DNA of 48,648 nt, the filler included, from Catajapyx aquilonaris (lineage: Eukaryota): the NCBI GenBank assembly GCA_000934665.2. It is 3 parts of 3 records of this genome, joined end to end, with 100 filler letters (N's around TTAATTAATTAA, not from the genome) between each part and the next. Parts side by side here need not be neighbours in the genome. Positions count along the whole stretch, not along the records: positions 1 to 16,159 come from JYFJ02007279.1; positions 16,260 to 32,399 come from JYFJ02007280.1; 1 more part is not named here. The stretch is one strand, 5' to 3'. Position 1 is the first letter of the stretch, and each line of letters starts with the position of its first letter. The notes under the pieces were generated by a model. That model saw only the letters and a list, made by a program, of their open reading frames with translations. It ran no database searches and was not told the origin of the DNA. Shown piece by piece: positions 11,356 through 23,289 of the stretch. The position numbers were made by a program, and so were the translations under genes.

Positions 11356-12225
11356 CCGTGGTTTCCAAGCGGTGCGGTGGATCGCGACCCACAACGGGGT
11401 TGCAGGCCTGGGTTCCACTCTTTTTTTCCAATTTATGCGAAATAATGAATAATTTAAAAATAAAAAATTGGTGAACACTGTGTACGAGTTTTATGTTTGA
11501 TCAGCTCTTGCATGGTTTGAGCCATAGTTTGGCGAGAGAAATCTAGCAACGTTCGCCCTCACTCCTCTATCAGCGGAAGCCCCTCTACCGACCTCGCTAC
11601 AGATCCAATCAACCTGCACTACAACTTACATTAGTTTGAAGGAAATAAGCTATACAGGAGAAGCAGATGCAATTATTAAAAATTACTTTGTGATAACTGG
11701 TATGTTTCGCAGATATGTTTGAGGAGCTGAATGTGCTCAACCTAGGTGCTCAAAACTTCTCTGCAAGGCAAGGGGTCAAAATAATTAAGGGACATTTTTA
11801 TATCGCATGAAAAAATAATTACATTTTTATTAAAACTCCAACTCTGGCTGGCAGAAAAAAGTGGAGCAATCTTCATTTGAAATGTTTCATCATCTGCAAG
11901 ACTATATCGAGGGCAATAGCGCAAATTTCAAGAGCAAGTCACATCCACACATTTGCAAATAGTCTACTGAAGGAGGGTTTCGAGAAATATTTCGGTGACA
12001 TTGACATTGCAAAGGTCCAATAGGTTCGAAATTTCTTCAGTGAGTTTACAAGGGAAAAACTGTCTACTTATGAACGAGAAGGGCTCATTGATTTGTTCTG
12101 CGACCGCACATTGAAAGATAAAGTTCAAGATGGATATAATTCACGAAGTTCTGGCCGGATGTGGTGGGGGAATACCCGGGGTTAAGGGGGAGCAGCAGTA
12201 AAAATATGGCAACTCATTTCGTACG
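11356..12225 (+). pseudogene. Decayed hAT-Charlie/Buster (ZBED5/ZBED8/FAM200-like) transposon remnant
   Basis: Frameshifted colinear blocks from ~11700: ADMFEELNVLN, SLQGK, IFISHEKIITFLLKLQLW, EMFHHL, FEKYF, *VRNFF, LIDLFCDRTLK, KFWPDVVGEYPGL. Degenerate CAGTGGTTCCCAA-like end at 11356. Confidence 0.8.
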
Positions 12226-12692
12226 GAATTTAAATTTTTTTTTGTCGCGAAATGTTAAGCTCGAAAAACGCGCGCCAAGATTTGGCCTTTAAAATGGTAC
12301 CATGCTCGACACGATTGCATTAAAATTGTGGACACACGGCCTCAGAAATGTGTCCGATTATTATCTTGCGATTCCTTCCGCCATGTCAATCAAATTCACA
12401 TTATTTCGGAAACGCCGTTTTCCGTTCACTTCAACTCGCCGTGAAAGTCATTACTTTCTTGGGCGAAAATGTTAAAAAAAGCGAAGTACGTAGGTGCCAA
12501 ATCATCAATTTTTTCCGTGCATTTTCTGTGTCAATTGAACCATTTTTGGGGCCGTACAGGGTGGATGTTTTCTGGAGAGGGGGAGGGGGAGGAGGGGTGG
12601 TTGTACATTTGTGGAAACATGTTTAGGGGGTGGCAGTTGGTAAAAGGCTGGAAACCACGGCTTAACTCTGTACTCGGAATAATTGTATATTT

Positions 12693-12713
12693 AAGGGGCG
12701 ATAGCCCCTTAGT
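12693..12713 (+). mobile_element. Helitron/Helentron-like terminal hairpin
   Basis: AAGGGGC-GATA-GCCCCTT-AGT stem-loop; element extent not determined. Confidence 0.35.
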
Positions 12714-13212
12714 AAGACTGTAGCATAGATTTCAACAATGAATTTCTTCAACATCTTCTTGTTCTTGTTACGCTTTTTTTATTCGCCCTAACTCAAGTTC
12801 TGCTGTAGGTAGAGCTTCCAAATTTTGAACACAGATGCCCACCGTCGTGAAGTGCATTCCTACCATTTACGGCTAAACTCAATTCCTCTTCAAAACGCCG
12901 CAAAAAAATTTAAAACCACCAAAAAATACGTCTATATTTTTTTGCTCAATAACTATTCGGAATTCGGTTCCTTCATCAAAAGGCCGCAGGTGCTGTGGGA
13001 TGGTGCGGATCTATGTTCAAAATCTCACAGTTCCCACTGCTACAGGATTGGAGCTGTGATTTTTTTACCTCGTATTTTTTCTGTCATTAATTCATTTGTT
13101 CATGACGCCATCACCTAGAAACGTCAATACTTATTTACCACCTCGCCATATTGTTATTAGCCGAATGTTACCCTGCCGCTGGTGTGAACGCATTGCACTT
13201 ATTACAGATTTG

Positions 13213-13647
13213 CAGTTGAATCTGGATATAACAGCCTCGGCTATAACAGACTTGGTTATAAAGGCCGTCCCGGCATGCTTCCATTAGGCACTGTGTATTT
13301 GCACTCCTGATGTAACAGACTCATTTTCACCTCACCTCGGGTATAACAGACCATTTCTTGGACCCTCTGTGGGAAAATACGTTATTGTTTTCCAGGTATA
13401 AAATGCAAAAAGGGGACGGCAGAAATAAATTTCGGATAATTTGGTCCTGCATAATTTTCGGGTGAGCCAATATTGCATTTGTGACAGATTTCATTAATCA
13501 GTATGTTGTCTAGTATAGTGCATAGTACAGCCATATTGAAATCAGAAATTTATGTTTTCGTTGCGTGACGATTCGGCTATAACAGACCTCGGTTATAACA
13601 TACTTTTTTCGCAGTCTCTTGAAGTTTGTTTTATCCGGATTCAACTG
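13213..13647. mobile_element. pogo/Tigger-like MITE
   Basis: CAGTTGAATCTGGATATAACA...TATCCGGATTCAACTG|TA; repeated CGG(C/T)TATAACAGAC subterminal motifs. Confidence 0.82.
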
Positions 13648-14064
13648 TACTATTAAGCCAGACTAATTAAATCAGACTAACCGTTGGCTGGTAGCACTTG
13701 ACTTTCGTTTTTTTACGACTATCTCTGTGAAAATAATTATAGGGACTTCTAAGCGACGAAAATCGTCTCCAATGGATTCATAGTGCAGACTGTATAGTGT
13801 AGAGCATAAGTTACGTGTACTGTCAAAAAAGAACTGAAATTAGATCAAAAACTTTCCCTTCAGTAAAAAAAAGAGAAGTAAGACCTCCACGGCGGAATGA
13901 AAGTACTGAAACAAGGCAGGCGCACGTAAGACCTTCACCAATTGATTTAAGCTGTACCGTAGGTCTTACTCAAGCAATTCTCCGGTACGGTATGGAACGT
14001 CTCATAAAATGACTGCTGCAAACTACTCAGAGCAGTAGGTAGGATTTTATTATGAAAAGAAAAA

Positions 14065-14400
14065 GGGAGGCGGAGTGGCGCCGCGGTAACGCGCGCGCCC
14101 ACGGAAGTGAAGGTCCCGGGTTCAATCCCCACCCGGGGTTCCCCCCTTCTTTCGTGCAGAGTTGGGCCATCTCTGGCTTCGTTTCGGGTGGCAATTTCCG
14201 ATAGACTAAGCCACCCGGGGGAGTTCACAAAATGACCACTACTCGACAGCGCACACGCACTTTGCACATCCCCTCCTAACAACCTTGGAGCATAATAATA
14301 AGATCCTTCTTAACACGCTCCAAAAAATAATTCTGATGGTGGTAATCCACCCCCCATATATGCGCAATAGATATGGGGTAATGCAAAAAAAAAAAAAAAA
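14065..14400 (+). mobile_element. Full-length tRNA-derived SINE with poly(A) tail
   Basis: A-box TGGCGCCGCGG, B-box GGTTCAATCCC, poly(A) tail, 16-bp TSD ATTATGAAAAGAAAAA (14049-14064 and 14401-14416). Confidence 0.92.
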
Positions 14401-14612
14401 ATTATGAAAAGAAAAAAATGGGGGAAAAACTAAACCCATTCTAACAGACTTGGCCCAATCGGAAAAGACCCTCTAAAATTCTCCAATTAACGTTTACATG
14501 TGAAAAATTAAACGTTAGAGTTAAAATCAGAATCTAAAAGGGGGTGCCGATTCTGCATGAATGTTTCATGGCAATAATTCGCACCAATCGCACAGAAATT
14601 CAAGGTGCTTAA

Positions 14613-15941
14613 CCCCTTCGGCCCCAGATCGGCCCGAACCACACAGTTTTTGGCTTACGCGTACTCCGAAGATACGGACAAGATATTTTCCAAATAATAA
14701 CAGCTATACTTACGAGATCTGGGAAAACCCCATGAATGTATCTGGAACCATTTTACTCGTCCAGAAGTCCCTAAATTAATTTCCAAAAAAGGGCTATAAT
14801 AACTCGAAATTGGACTACTGCCGCCCAACTTTTAGGCTGATTTAATTATGAAATGCGTGAAAATATGCGGAATAACAACCTTGAGAACCATGCCAGACGA
14901 ATTTGCTGAAATCGTCGTACTTTGCGAGAAATAAATTAATATTTATTTGCGGCTTTCTAGCACTTAGGAAAACTCCTAAATGAGTATGAGATGAATTTTC
15001 TGAAATCGTCGTACTTCATGAGAAACAAATAAAGGACCTGTTCAAGGTTATCATGGCAAAGAAAGGCCACCCACATGGCTCAATGATTCGTGTCATTAGA
15101 TGGAGAAAGAGTTCGCCCTTGCTTTCCAACGAACGCCATCCTGAGTCCGCCCCTCGCTCCTGTCTCTCTTTTAGAGGAGAGTGAGAGAGAGGAAAGGGAA
15201 AGAGGGAGAGATACGCGATTGGGCAAACGCGTGATATCTCGATGGGGCTTGCATTTCGTATATTGGTTCTCTGAGGCGGCATTTGTCTCACACGAATATT
15301 CTTACAACATTTTTACGGGGTAAAAACCACACGAGTTTTCGTGCCTCTAAATCAACTAATAAAACAGTTCACCACGTGACAACATGTTTTGAATCCTACC
15401 AAGGCCGCTAGGTAGCAACCCCTACCACATCAAAGATACACAGTCAGTGGCGAACACAGCGGCCTTTGGCGTAAACCTAGGTGCATAGATTATACACTAC
15501 AAGATGCGCAAGATGGTTGCCGTTTAGGTAGCGGGGCTACTCAGGGTAACCTTGAACCGGTCCTTTGGGAGTTTTCCGAAGTTTTCTGAAGTGCCAGAAA
15601 GCCGCAAATAAGTATTAATTTATTTCTCGCAAAGCACGACGATTTCAGCAAATTCCTCTGGTATGGTTCTCAAGGTTTTTATTCCGCATATTTTCACGCA
15701 TTTCATAATTAAATCAGCCTAAAAGTTGGGCGGCAGTAGTCCAATTTCGAGTTATTATAGCCTCTTTTTGGAAATTAATTTAGGGACTTCTAGACGAGTA
15801 AAATGGTTCCAGACACATTCATGGGGTTTTCCCAGATCTCGTAAGTATAGCTGTTATTATTTGCAAAATATCATGCCCGTATCTTCGGAGTACGCATAAG
15901 CCAAAAACTGTGTGGTTCGGGTCGATCTGGGGCCGAAGGGG
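14613..15941. mobile_element. piggyBac-like non-autonomous element with ~360-bp TIRs
   Basis: TTAA|CCCCTTCGGCCCCAGATCG...CGATCTGGGGCCGAAGGGG|TTAA; arms align to about 14975/15575. Confidence 0.9.
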
Positions 15942-16159
15942 TTAATATTGAAGTTCCTAATATTTCATAAAACGCTAATATGGAGTGGCTCATGGAAAAT
16001 TAATGGGTGGAATTTTCGTACTACTACTATTACTATTAACTATAAGTCTGTAGTTACTGCTAACTTACAAGGGGGGGACATGAAGTGGACTCTGTCAGAT
16101 TTGCATGAAACGTGCACAGTAGGTGTATCACAGGCCTACAATTTCACTGGTATGGGCCA

Positions 16160-16259
16160 NNNNNNNNNNNNNNNNNNNNNNNNNNNNNNNNNNNNNNNNN
16201 NNNTTAATTAATTAANNNNNNNNNNNNNNNNNNNNNNNNNNNNNNNNNNNNNNNNNNNN
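16160..16259. other. Assembly gap with synthetic six-frame stop linker
   Basis: 100 bp of N with central TTAATTAATTAA; identical structure at 32400. Confidence 0.95.
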
Positions 16260-16362
16260 CCCCCTTACAAATTTCCTGGCTACGCCGCTGCCTCATAGGG
16301 AAATGTTGTGATGTTGATGATCATCATCATCATTTTAAATCGCTGTTTGGCTATTATTCCAG

Positions 16363-17580
16363 TGGCGGGATTACTCTACACCCCCTCCTTCCCGTCGCCC
16401 CAGCTTTTTCTCCCAGTTGGTGGATAATGTCCGTCAGGAGATGGCTCGTAACAAAGAGTTGAAGGAAAATCTGAAGAAGTTCCGTGAAGAGGCCCAACGC
16501 CTGGAAGAATCAGAGGCCCTGAAAAAGGCACGTCAAAAGTACCAGGCAGTGGAGTCAGAAGCAAGCCGTAGTTCTGAGGCCCTAAAGGAGAAGCTGGAGG
16601 GACTGAAAGGGAAGATACAGGAATCCATTGAGGAGGCCCAGAAGTCAGACTTGGCTAAAAAGGCAGGGCAGATAACAGAGGAGCTTGGAAAGAGTGCCAA
16701 GGGAGCTGCTGACTCCATATCAGAGCAAAGCCAAAAGATAAGCCAGTCAAATGCTTTTAGGGCATTGTCACAAACTGCTGAGGCAGTCAGGCATGAACTC
16801 AAGGAGAGTCGGCTTCATGGCAGTGTTTACAAGCCACCAGACAGGTTACGGAAACGGAAGGACGTAGGTGAGGACCTTCGTGAGTACAGCCCAAATGTTG
16901 AGGCAACAGGAATCGAGTTGCACAAGGACAGTCGATTTTACCAAAGCTGGCAGAACTTCAAAGACAATAACCCATATGTTCACAAGGTCCTAGACTGGAA
17001 AGCCAAGTATGAGGAGAGTGACAATGCTGTCTTTCGTGCATCCCGTGTCTTGACTGACAAAGTACAGGAGATAATGGGTGGTCTGTTCCAGAAGACAGAG
17101 CTCTCTGAGGCATTGACCGAGATCTGCCGGCTAGAACCAGGTTTCGACAAAGAGCGTTTCCTGAGGGAGCAATGTGAGCGAGACATCATACCCAACATAC
17201 TGGAGGCAATGGTGCGTGGTGATGAAGAGGTGCTGGCTGATTGGTGCCATGAGGCAGTGTTTGGTTTGCTGTCAACCCCTTTGAAGCAAGCTAAGCAGCT
17301 GGGTCTGGTGTCAGCCTCTAGGGTGTTGGACATTGACCAAGTGGATCTAGCCATGGGGAAGGTAATGGAGCAGGGTCCAGTGCTAGTGGTGACTTTCACC
17401 ACACAGCAGATCCTGTGCCTGATAGATGTCAAGACCGGGAAAGTGGCAGAGGGAGATCCTGAAAAGGTCATGCGTGTTCACTATGTGTGGGTCTTGTGCC
17501 GGGACCAGACCGAGCTTGATCCCAGGGCTGCCTGGAGACTTTTGGATCTCTCAGCCACTAGTGCAGAACAGCTGCTGTAA
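16363..17580 (+). CDS. TIMM44: Mitochondrial import inner membrane translocase subunit Tim44; large terminal exon, presequence exon not seen
   Basis: Acceptor TTATTCCAG|, then WRDYS...SFFSQLVDNVRQEMARNKELKENLKKFR...ELHKDSRFYQSWQNFKDNNPY...DIIPNILEAM...MGKVMEQGPVLVVTF...EGDPEKVMRVHYVWVLCRDQTELDPRAAWRLLDLSA, ending in TAA. Confidence 0.96.
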   Translation, partial: WRDYSTPPPSRRPSFFSQLVDNVRQEMARNKELKENLKKFREEAQRLEESEALKKARQKYQAVESEASRSSEALKEKLEGLKGKIQESIEEAQKSDLAKKAGQITEELGKSAKGAADSISEQSQKISQSNAFRALSQTAEAVRHELKESRLHGSVYKPPDRLRKRKDVGEDLREYSPNVEATGIELHKDSRFYQSWQNFKDNNPYVHKVLDWKAKYEESDNAVFRASRVLTDKVQEIMGGLFQKTELSEALTEICRLEPGFDKERFLREQCERDIIPNILEAMVRGDEEVLADWCHEAVFGLLSTPLKQAKQLGLVSASRVLDIDQVDLAMGKVMEQGPVLVVTFTTQQILCLIDVKTGKVAEGDPEKVMRVHYVWVLCRDQTELDPRAAWRLLDLSATSAEQLL

Positions 17581-18980
17581 AAATGTTTTAAACATATGTC
17601 TGTGATTAAAGAAGAGTGTTGTTGTATAAGAGGCCTTTGGTTCATTGTGTTACAACTCTCTATAAGGTTCACATCATCATTGCAAGTGAAATGTTGTTCA
17701 AACACATTTTTCAAAACAGCACAGAGTATGAAAATACCTACACTGCCTTGCAAAGTACTGCTGCTGTCATGTGATGGACCATCTGAACAGGGATACAACT
17801 AGCTTACAACACCTTTTGAGATGGTGTATCTTACGAGCTTTTTAAAATTTTGTAATATCTACAAACCTGAGGGAATAGGCGGCGAGTTCAGAACTAATGT
17901 TACGCCAGAAATCTCACTTGTGACCTTGAGTAAATCCCACCTCTGTATTTTGGCAGCCCCTAAAAGTACCGTATTACCTTTCATAAAGTGGCATGCCTGT
18001 GAAGTTGCTGTCGACCAGCTTTTAGAAATGCATGATCTAGTGGCTATACCGGCATGCCGGTACACGGCGAGGTTTTCACATAAGTTACATTATCCTTTCC
18101 GAACTTGACATTTGTCTTAAAATCAAAATTCACGTAAAGGCTATCGAAAAGGCACATTTTCCGAATACACCATACCATACATTGTTGTCAATTGCAGTGT
18201 CTAGCAATAATCTCTATTTAAATTTTAAGCAGTATGTTGGAGCAGGGTGTTCCCCTGTCAAAGCAGGCTGACAATGGGATTGGTCACACTCTCTACATTT
18301 TTTTATATGCAGTGTGCAAGAGAACTTGCCTGTACACTCGCCCATTTTCATTGTAACATTATTAGAAGCATTCCAAAAAATTTGGCAAGGATCAAGATTA
18401 CGGAAATCTACCTCTGTTATTGTGGCATGCCTGTCACCCCCAGGTTATACCGGCATGCTGGTTGACCTCATTTTATACCTGCATGCCGCTTTATGATAGG
18501 TAATATGGTAAATGTTCAACTATAGACACTGAAAAATAACACTATGCAACACGATATTTGTCCAGGCCTAAATGTTGCTAGACCATCTCAGATTTTGCTA
18601 AAAATAATCACAGCTGTACACACCTATACCATAACACTGCCTATCAAGTTTTAGCTAAATTGCGAAATACCCTGGGGGAGGGGAAAAAATCGCGAAATTT
18701 TGGAAATTTTGGCTTTTTTGGATAATTTTTTTCGGCTAGTGGAAGTGGTCAAAACCGAATCGACATATACATCAAATGAAAGAGAGACACGAGGAGAATG
18801 CGCCCATTGAATTTGTTTTTTTCTTAAATGTAACCAGAAAAACGTGTGTGGCATTTAATCAGTCACATGCCCAAGAATTTGGCTCCATGAAAATTAATGG
18901 TAGGCCTACCGGTAATTCTGCAAAACATATCTACAGGGTGTCCCACAAATTACACTACCAAGAATTACATTAATAATTAA

Positions 18981-19349
18981 AGGGAGGCATGGTGGTCTAG
19001 TGGCTACGCCGCTGGCCAGCCAAGCGGGAGGCCGGGGTTCAAATCCCGTCCCCGTCACCTCTGCTTGGCCGGGTCTTTTTCCGCTTTTCACCCGACATGC
19101 CGGAGCAGAATTGCACTCCCTTCTCTGCTCGGGGCCAGGAGAAAAGGTCTGGTGTTTAAGAGGGTCTGCAATGACTAGAAACTACATGAGAGCGCCCTCC
19201 CTTGGGAAGCTACCCTTCCCCATACGCCCGTGGACCAGGGCGTTGCGACGAAAAAAAACTGTATGTAAAAATTGCAAAATAAATAAAGGTCCGTGCAATA
19301 CCTCGAATGAGGTCCGCACTACCCAATTATTATTATTATTATTATTATT
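18981..19349 (+). mobile_element. tRNA-derived SINE with (ATT)n tail
   Basis: A-box TGGTCTAGTGG, B-box GGTTCAAATCC, 12-bp TSD ATTAATAATTAA (18969-18980 and 19350-19361). Confidence 0.92.
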
Positions 19350-19512
19350 ATTAATAATTAACACAAATGAAGATATTGCAACGGAATTTGAACTCAAGCA
19401 ACCTCAACACGTGAGAAAGGAATTAGAATGGGTCTGGCAAATGTGGGTGCTGTAATACTGACCCTGGAGCGACGAATCGGCCAGACGACACCTGAGCAGT
19501 GGCGCGCGGCGG

Positions 19513-19869
19513 ATGTCCTTGCTTCCTGACCCAAATGTGGCCCAAACCTGTCAACAGGATGGGGCGACATGCCACACATCACATGTCAGCGTGGCCAAAA
19601 TAAAGTCCTTCTTCGGCGACCAAGTCATTTCGAAGGGACTGTGGCCACCGCGGTCGCCCGATCTTACGCCACCTGATTACTTCTTATGGGGCTTTCTGAA
19701 AGGAAGAGTGTACCGCAACAATCCACGGTCCATCCAGGCCTTGAAGGACAACATCGTCCAGGAAATTCAGGCAGTACCGCAGGATATGCTAGCCAGAACA
19801 TTCCAAAATATGTCGCGCCATGTTGAGACCTGCTTGGCCGCTAATGGTGGCCATTTCCAACACATGTGA
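19513..19869 (+). pseudogene. C-terminal fragment of a DDxD Tc1/mariner transposase
   Basis: QQDGATCH...WPPRSPDLTPPDYFLWGFLKGRVY...NGGHFQHM*. Confidence 0.92.
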
Positions 19870-20252
19870 TGCCATTTCAAATCACACATGACAAGGTCAG
19901 TTCAGTTCAAATTTCGTTGCAATATTTTCATTTGTGTTGATGTTATGGAAGTAATTCTGGGTAGCGTAATTTGTGGGACACCCTGTATTATTTTCTCGCG
20001 AGCCATGCATCACCCAGGATTGAAAGTGAACATATTAAACCTTCTGCTGGTAACAACAACTGTCACCAAATATGGCTGCTCAAGCAAATACAAAACTAAT
20101 TATTGGGGTCTAAATACTTGGACATGGTTCTGAGCATGTGACCGATGGAATGCCCCACAGATTTTTCTGGGCGCATTTTCGAGAAAAACAATTTATATAG
20201 GCACATTCTACTCGCGTTTCTTTTTCATGTGATGTATAATAATATTGTATAC

Positions 20253-20676
20253 CAGGGTGTATCTGAACTCAGTGCCCCGACGTATATGACTGCCTTCCTA
20301 GCCACCAGAGGATCGATTTAAGTATAGGAGTCATATGTCTGGGCTGCCTCATTACTGAGATACACTCTTTAGCGATTTTTGCCTAATCCCTCCTTCTGAC
20401 TTTTAAATAGAATTTTCTGGTGTAACTAGCCAAAGAGGCCTTACCACCTGTGGGCAACAAACCAACAAAGTCCCGCCCCCAGACCTTCCAGAGCCTTCTG
20501 ACTGGGGGAGGGTTCGATGGGTGGCCTAACCGACAGGATATTTTGTACTACATGTTTGCGGCCAATTATCTCCGTAATGCGGCGGCCAAACATAATGACT
20601 CCTATACTTAAATCGATCCTCTGGTGGCTAGGAAGGCAGTCATATACGTCGGGGCACTGAGTTCAGATACACCCTG
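20253..20676. mobile_element. MITE with CAGGGTG termini and ~83-bp near-perfect TIRs
   Basis: CAGGGTGTATCTGAACTCAGTGCCCCGACG...CGTCGGGGCACTGAGTTCAGATACACCCTG|TA. Confidence 0.92.
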
Positions 20677-21268
20677 TATGTTGATTGGGTTTTGACCACT
20701 TGCAATAGACTACCTGGAAAAACAATCCAAAAAAGGCATCATTTTCAAAATTTCGCGATTTTTTCCCTCCCCACAGTATTGCGCAATTTGACTGAAACTT
20801 GGCATGCAGTGTTACGCCATGTGTGTGTACAGCTGTGATTATTTTCAGCACAATCCGAGATGGTCTAGCAACATTGAGGCCCACTTGTTTGGGAAAAACT
20901 GCTATATTTGAGGATTTTGATTTTTTGACTGCCCCGAGGTCAAAAACAAATCGAAGACAAAATGAATGGTCATTATGGGTGACCTAAGGAACACCAAAAT
21001 GGCGATGAATTTCCATAGACAGAAAAAAAGTTGATTTTTGTTGCATAGTGTAATCAGCTAACTTTTGTGGTCCGACTGACCCAGGCACTTGCAACTACGA
21101 GTATTATTGCTTCCTACTATCTGAGTTGTCACAAATGTGAATTAATTGAATTTGGCCTCCAATGGGGATGAACTTTGCATGCAATATGACGTTTATAAGA
21201 ATATAGGTTTTTTCACTACCATGCAGTACAATATCAGATATTAACGAGGTTATTCCAGAACATGTAGG

Positions 21269-22251
21269 TCCTTAAACCCCGGGCCCCAGATAGGGCCTAT
21301 ATCATCACTCTAAGTCCCCTCCATCGTGGTCCACCGGTTGACTTCCGAATCGAACCCAAGCCGTCGTAGGGTCAAGACTCAACCATCGGGAAGACTCCCC
21401 AGAGGAGCCACCTGTCCCACGATCGAGTCCCGAACCCGTAAGGTCTGGAGCTAGCCCCAATCTCGTCCGATAGGCCTCTCGACTTCTGCCTGGTTACCCA
21501 GGCCTCCGTCGAGCCCCAAAGGGAAAGATCCCGTCAGAGAAATCGGGGCCTGCTCCGGACCCCCGGTCCCACCTGTGGGACCCCAACCATAACCTGTCAT
21601 CTCCTCTGTGTCTCCCTCCTCCTCCTACTCCATCCCCAGCTCCGACCCGCGTAACTGTCATCGTCCCCGGTGTTCCCCGCGACGACCTCCACCTCCGCAC
21701 CGACCACCGGCATCACCCACTCTGCCGTTGTTGACGCTCACCAAGTGCCGTATGACTGCCAGACAGAACCTGTTGAACTCGTCCGGCAGACAAGATAAAC
21801 AGCACCTCCCCGGAGCAAGGCCAGCCGCACCCACTGCAGACGGCGTCCCTCAGAAGGGCCGCCTGCACCCGTTCCACCTCCGGCAGCAGACAGTCCCGCA
21901 GGACGTGCGATGCGTCCTGGCTCCCCTCACCATACGGGCATGCACCGCACCTGTCTGACACCAGATGAAGCCTCTCCAAGTAGGCTTGAAAGGGGCCGTG
22001 GTTCACAATGATCTTGTCAACGTGTCCTCTATAGGTCTGGCCAACAACCACGTTCGGGAGGAACTCCCTCGTCCACGTACGCCCTTCCCGCTCCCAATCC
22101 TCCTGCCAAAGCCGAAGGCCCTCCAGATGCCAACGTGAAGTGATGTTCTGATGGTGCTCTCCCAAGTAGTGGGTGGCCAGTCCGCCGCTCCGTCGCTGCC
22201 TGATCCGCCAACTCGTTGCTGTGTGTGCCGACGTGCGCTCGCACCCACCCC
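21269..22251 (-). mobile_element. 5'-truncated non-LTR retrotransposon (R1/LOA/I-group-like): end of RNase H, C-terminal Cys/His knuckle and 3' UTR
   Basis: WVRAHVGTHSNELADQAA (RNase H), then after a frameshift LWQEDW...NHGPFQAYLERLHL...CGAC...DASHVLRDC. GC-rich island with sharp borders. Confidence 0.88.
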
Positions 22252-23289
22252 AGGCAGAGTGTACATTGTGTGCCAGAAATCCCCAATGGTCTTGCTTTCT
22301 GGTAGGTTACCCTTCTTGTTGGCTGCCTTTTGTCCCTGAAAATAATTAAAAATTAAATGCAGTGATACATGTTATTTACGTAGCAGTTCATGAGATTTAG
22401 GCTAATATACTTGAAAATCAGTTCTTACTCAGTGCCAAATCTGACTGCATGTCATTAATATATTGCTTAGAAGAGAACACAAAAATCATTGTATAGCAAG
22501 GTACTAATCAGGATGTTTTATGACATGGAATTGGGTTACATCATGATACAAGTTTTACAAATATGAAAGTCTGCATTAATTAATATTACATACAGTATAC
22601 TTATGATTAGAAAGCCCTTAAATATTTCTCAGCATTTTTGCACAACTTATGATAATTTCACTTATTTGTAGTTTAAATGTACAAGTATATGCAATTGAAT
22701 TTGTTATAACTGATTGGACGCACTCTTATGTTATCATATCTTGAAATTGTTAAAGCATGTGGCAGGTAAGGTAAGGTCGGCCTGAAACAGGCAATTTAAA
22801 AGAAATTTGTAGCCAGAATAAAAACTGTGGTTATACCAGGAAGCTTCTTGCATGTAAGAAACTTGCGGGAACCTGAACCCATATGGCCGTGACATGATCT
22901 ACTGTCTAGCAGGGAAACAAGATACTTGGATATCGGCATGTGGTAGTTTTGTGGCAGCTAGATTTTTTTGTACAGACGTGGAGATGATATTTGCATGCAA
23001 TTTGATCTGACACCAACAAGGTCTTGGTCCATAACCTTGGCAAAAATTGGTCATCTCTTTAGCGTAGACAATATGGACTTGTCATGGTCCAAGATGTCAT
23101 GGATGTTACGTAGACCGTGGCTGTACATCGATAGAGCATTATGTCCATAACCTTGTCCAAAGTGGTTTCCTTTCAGATGGCAGAAATATTGTCATGTAAT
23201 GGACCAGGACATGATCTTGCTGGGATTCTGCTTAAGATGAGGCAGACTTCTTGAATTTTTCTAACCAAATATGAAACCTACACATTATT

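Larger units (their letters stand above)
18934..19985 (+). mobile_element. Tc1/mariner deletion derivative whose left TIR is interrupted by a SINE
   Basis: TA|CAGGGTGTCCCACAAATTAC...GTAATTTGTGGGACACCCTG|TA; the TIR match resumes after the SINE. Confidence 0.93.
18540..21050. mobile_element. CMC-superfamily (Chapaev3-like) non-autonomous element hosting nested insertions
   Basis: TAA|CACTATGCAACA...TGTTGCATAGTG|TAA (CAC...GTG termini, 3-bp TWA TSD). Additional ~150-bp subterminal inverted repeats at about 18565-18720 and 20730-20881. Confidence 0.8.

Noticed and set aside
14065..14140. tRNA genes at 5663, 14065, 18981 and 25324
   Set aside because: A/B boxes are present but no convincing cloverleaf; three of the four have SINE bodies, tails and TSDs.
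15505..15528. ATG as the Tim44 first exon
   Set aside because: It hits TAG after 7 codons and lies inside the piggyBac-like element.
16204..16215. TTAATTAATTAA palindrome inside N runs (also 32444-32455)
   Set aside because: Identical 100-bp spacer at both gaps, with stops in all six frames; an assembly linker, not biology.
16533..17471. Minus-strand ORFs of 89 and 163 aa
   Set aside because: Antisense shadows of the Tim44 coding exon.
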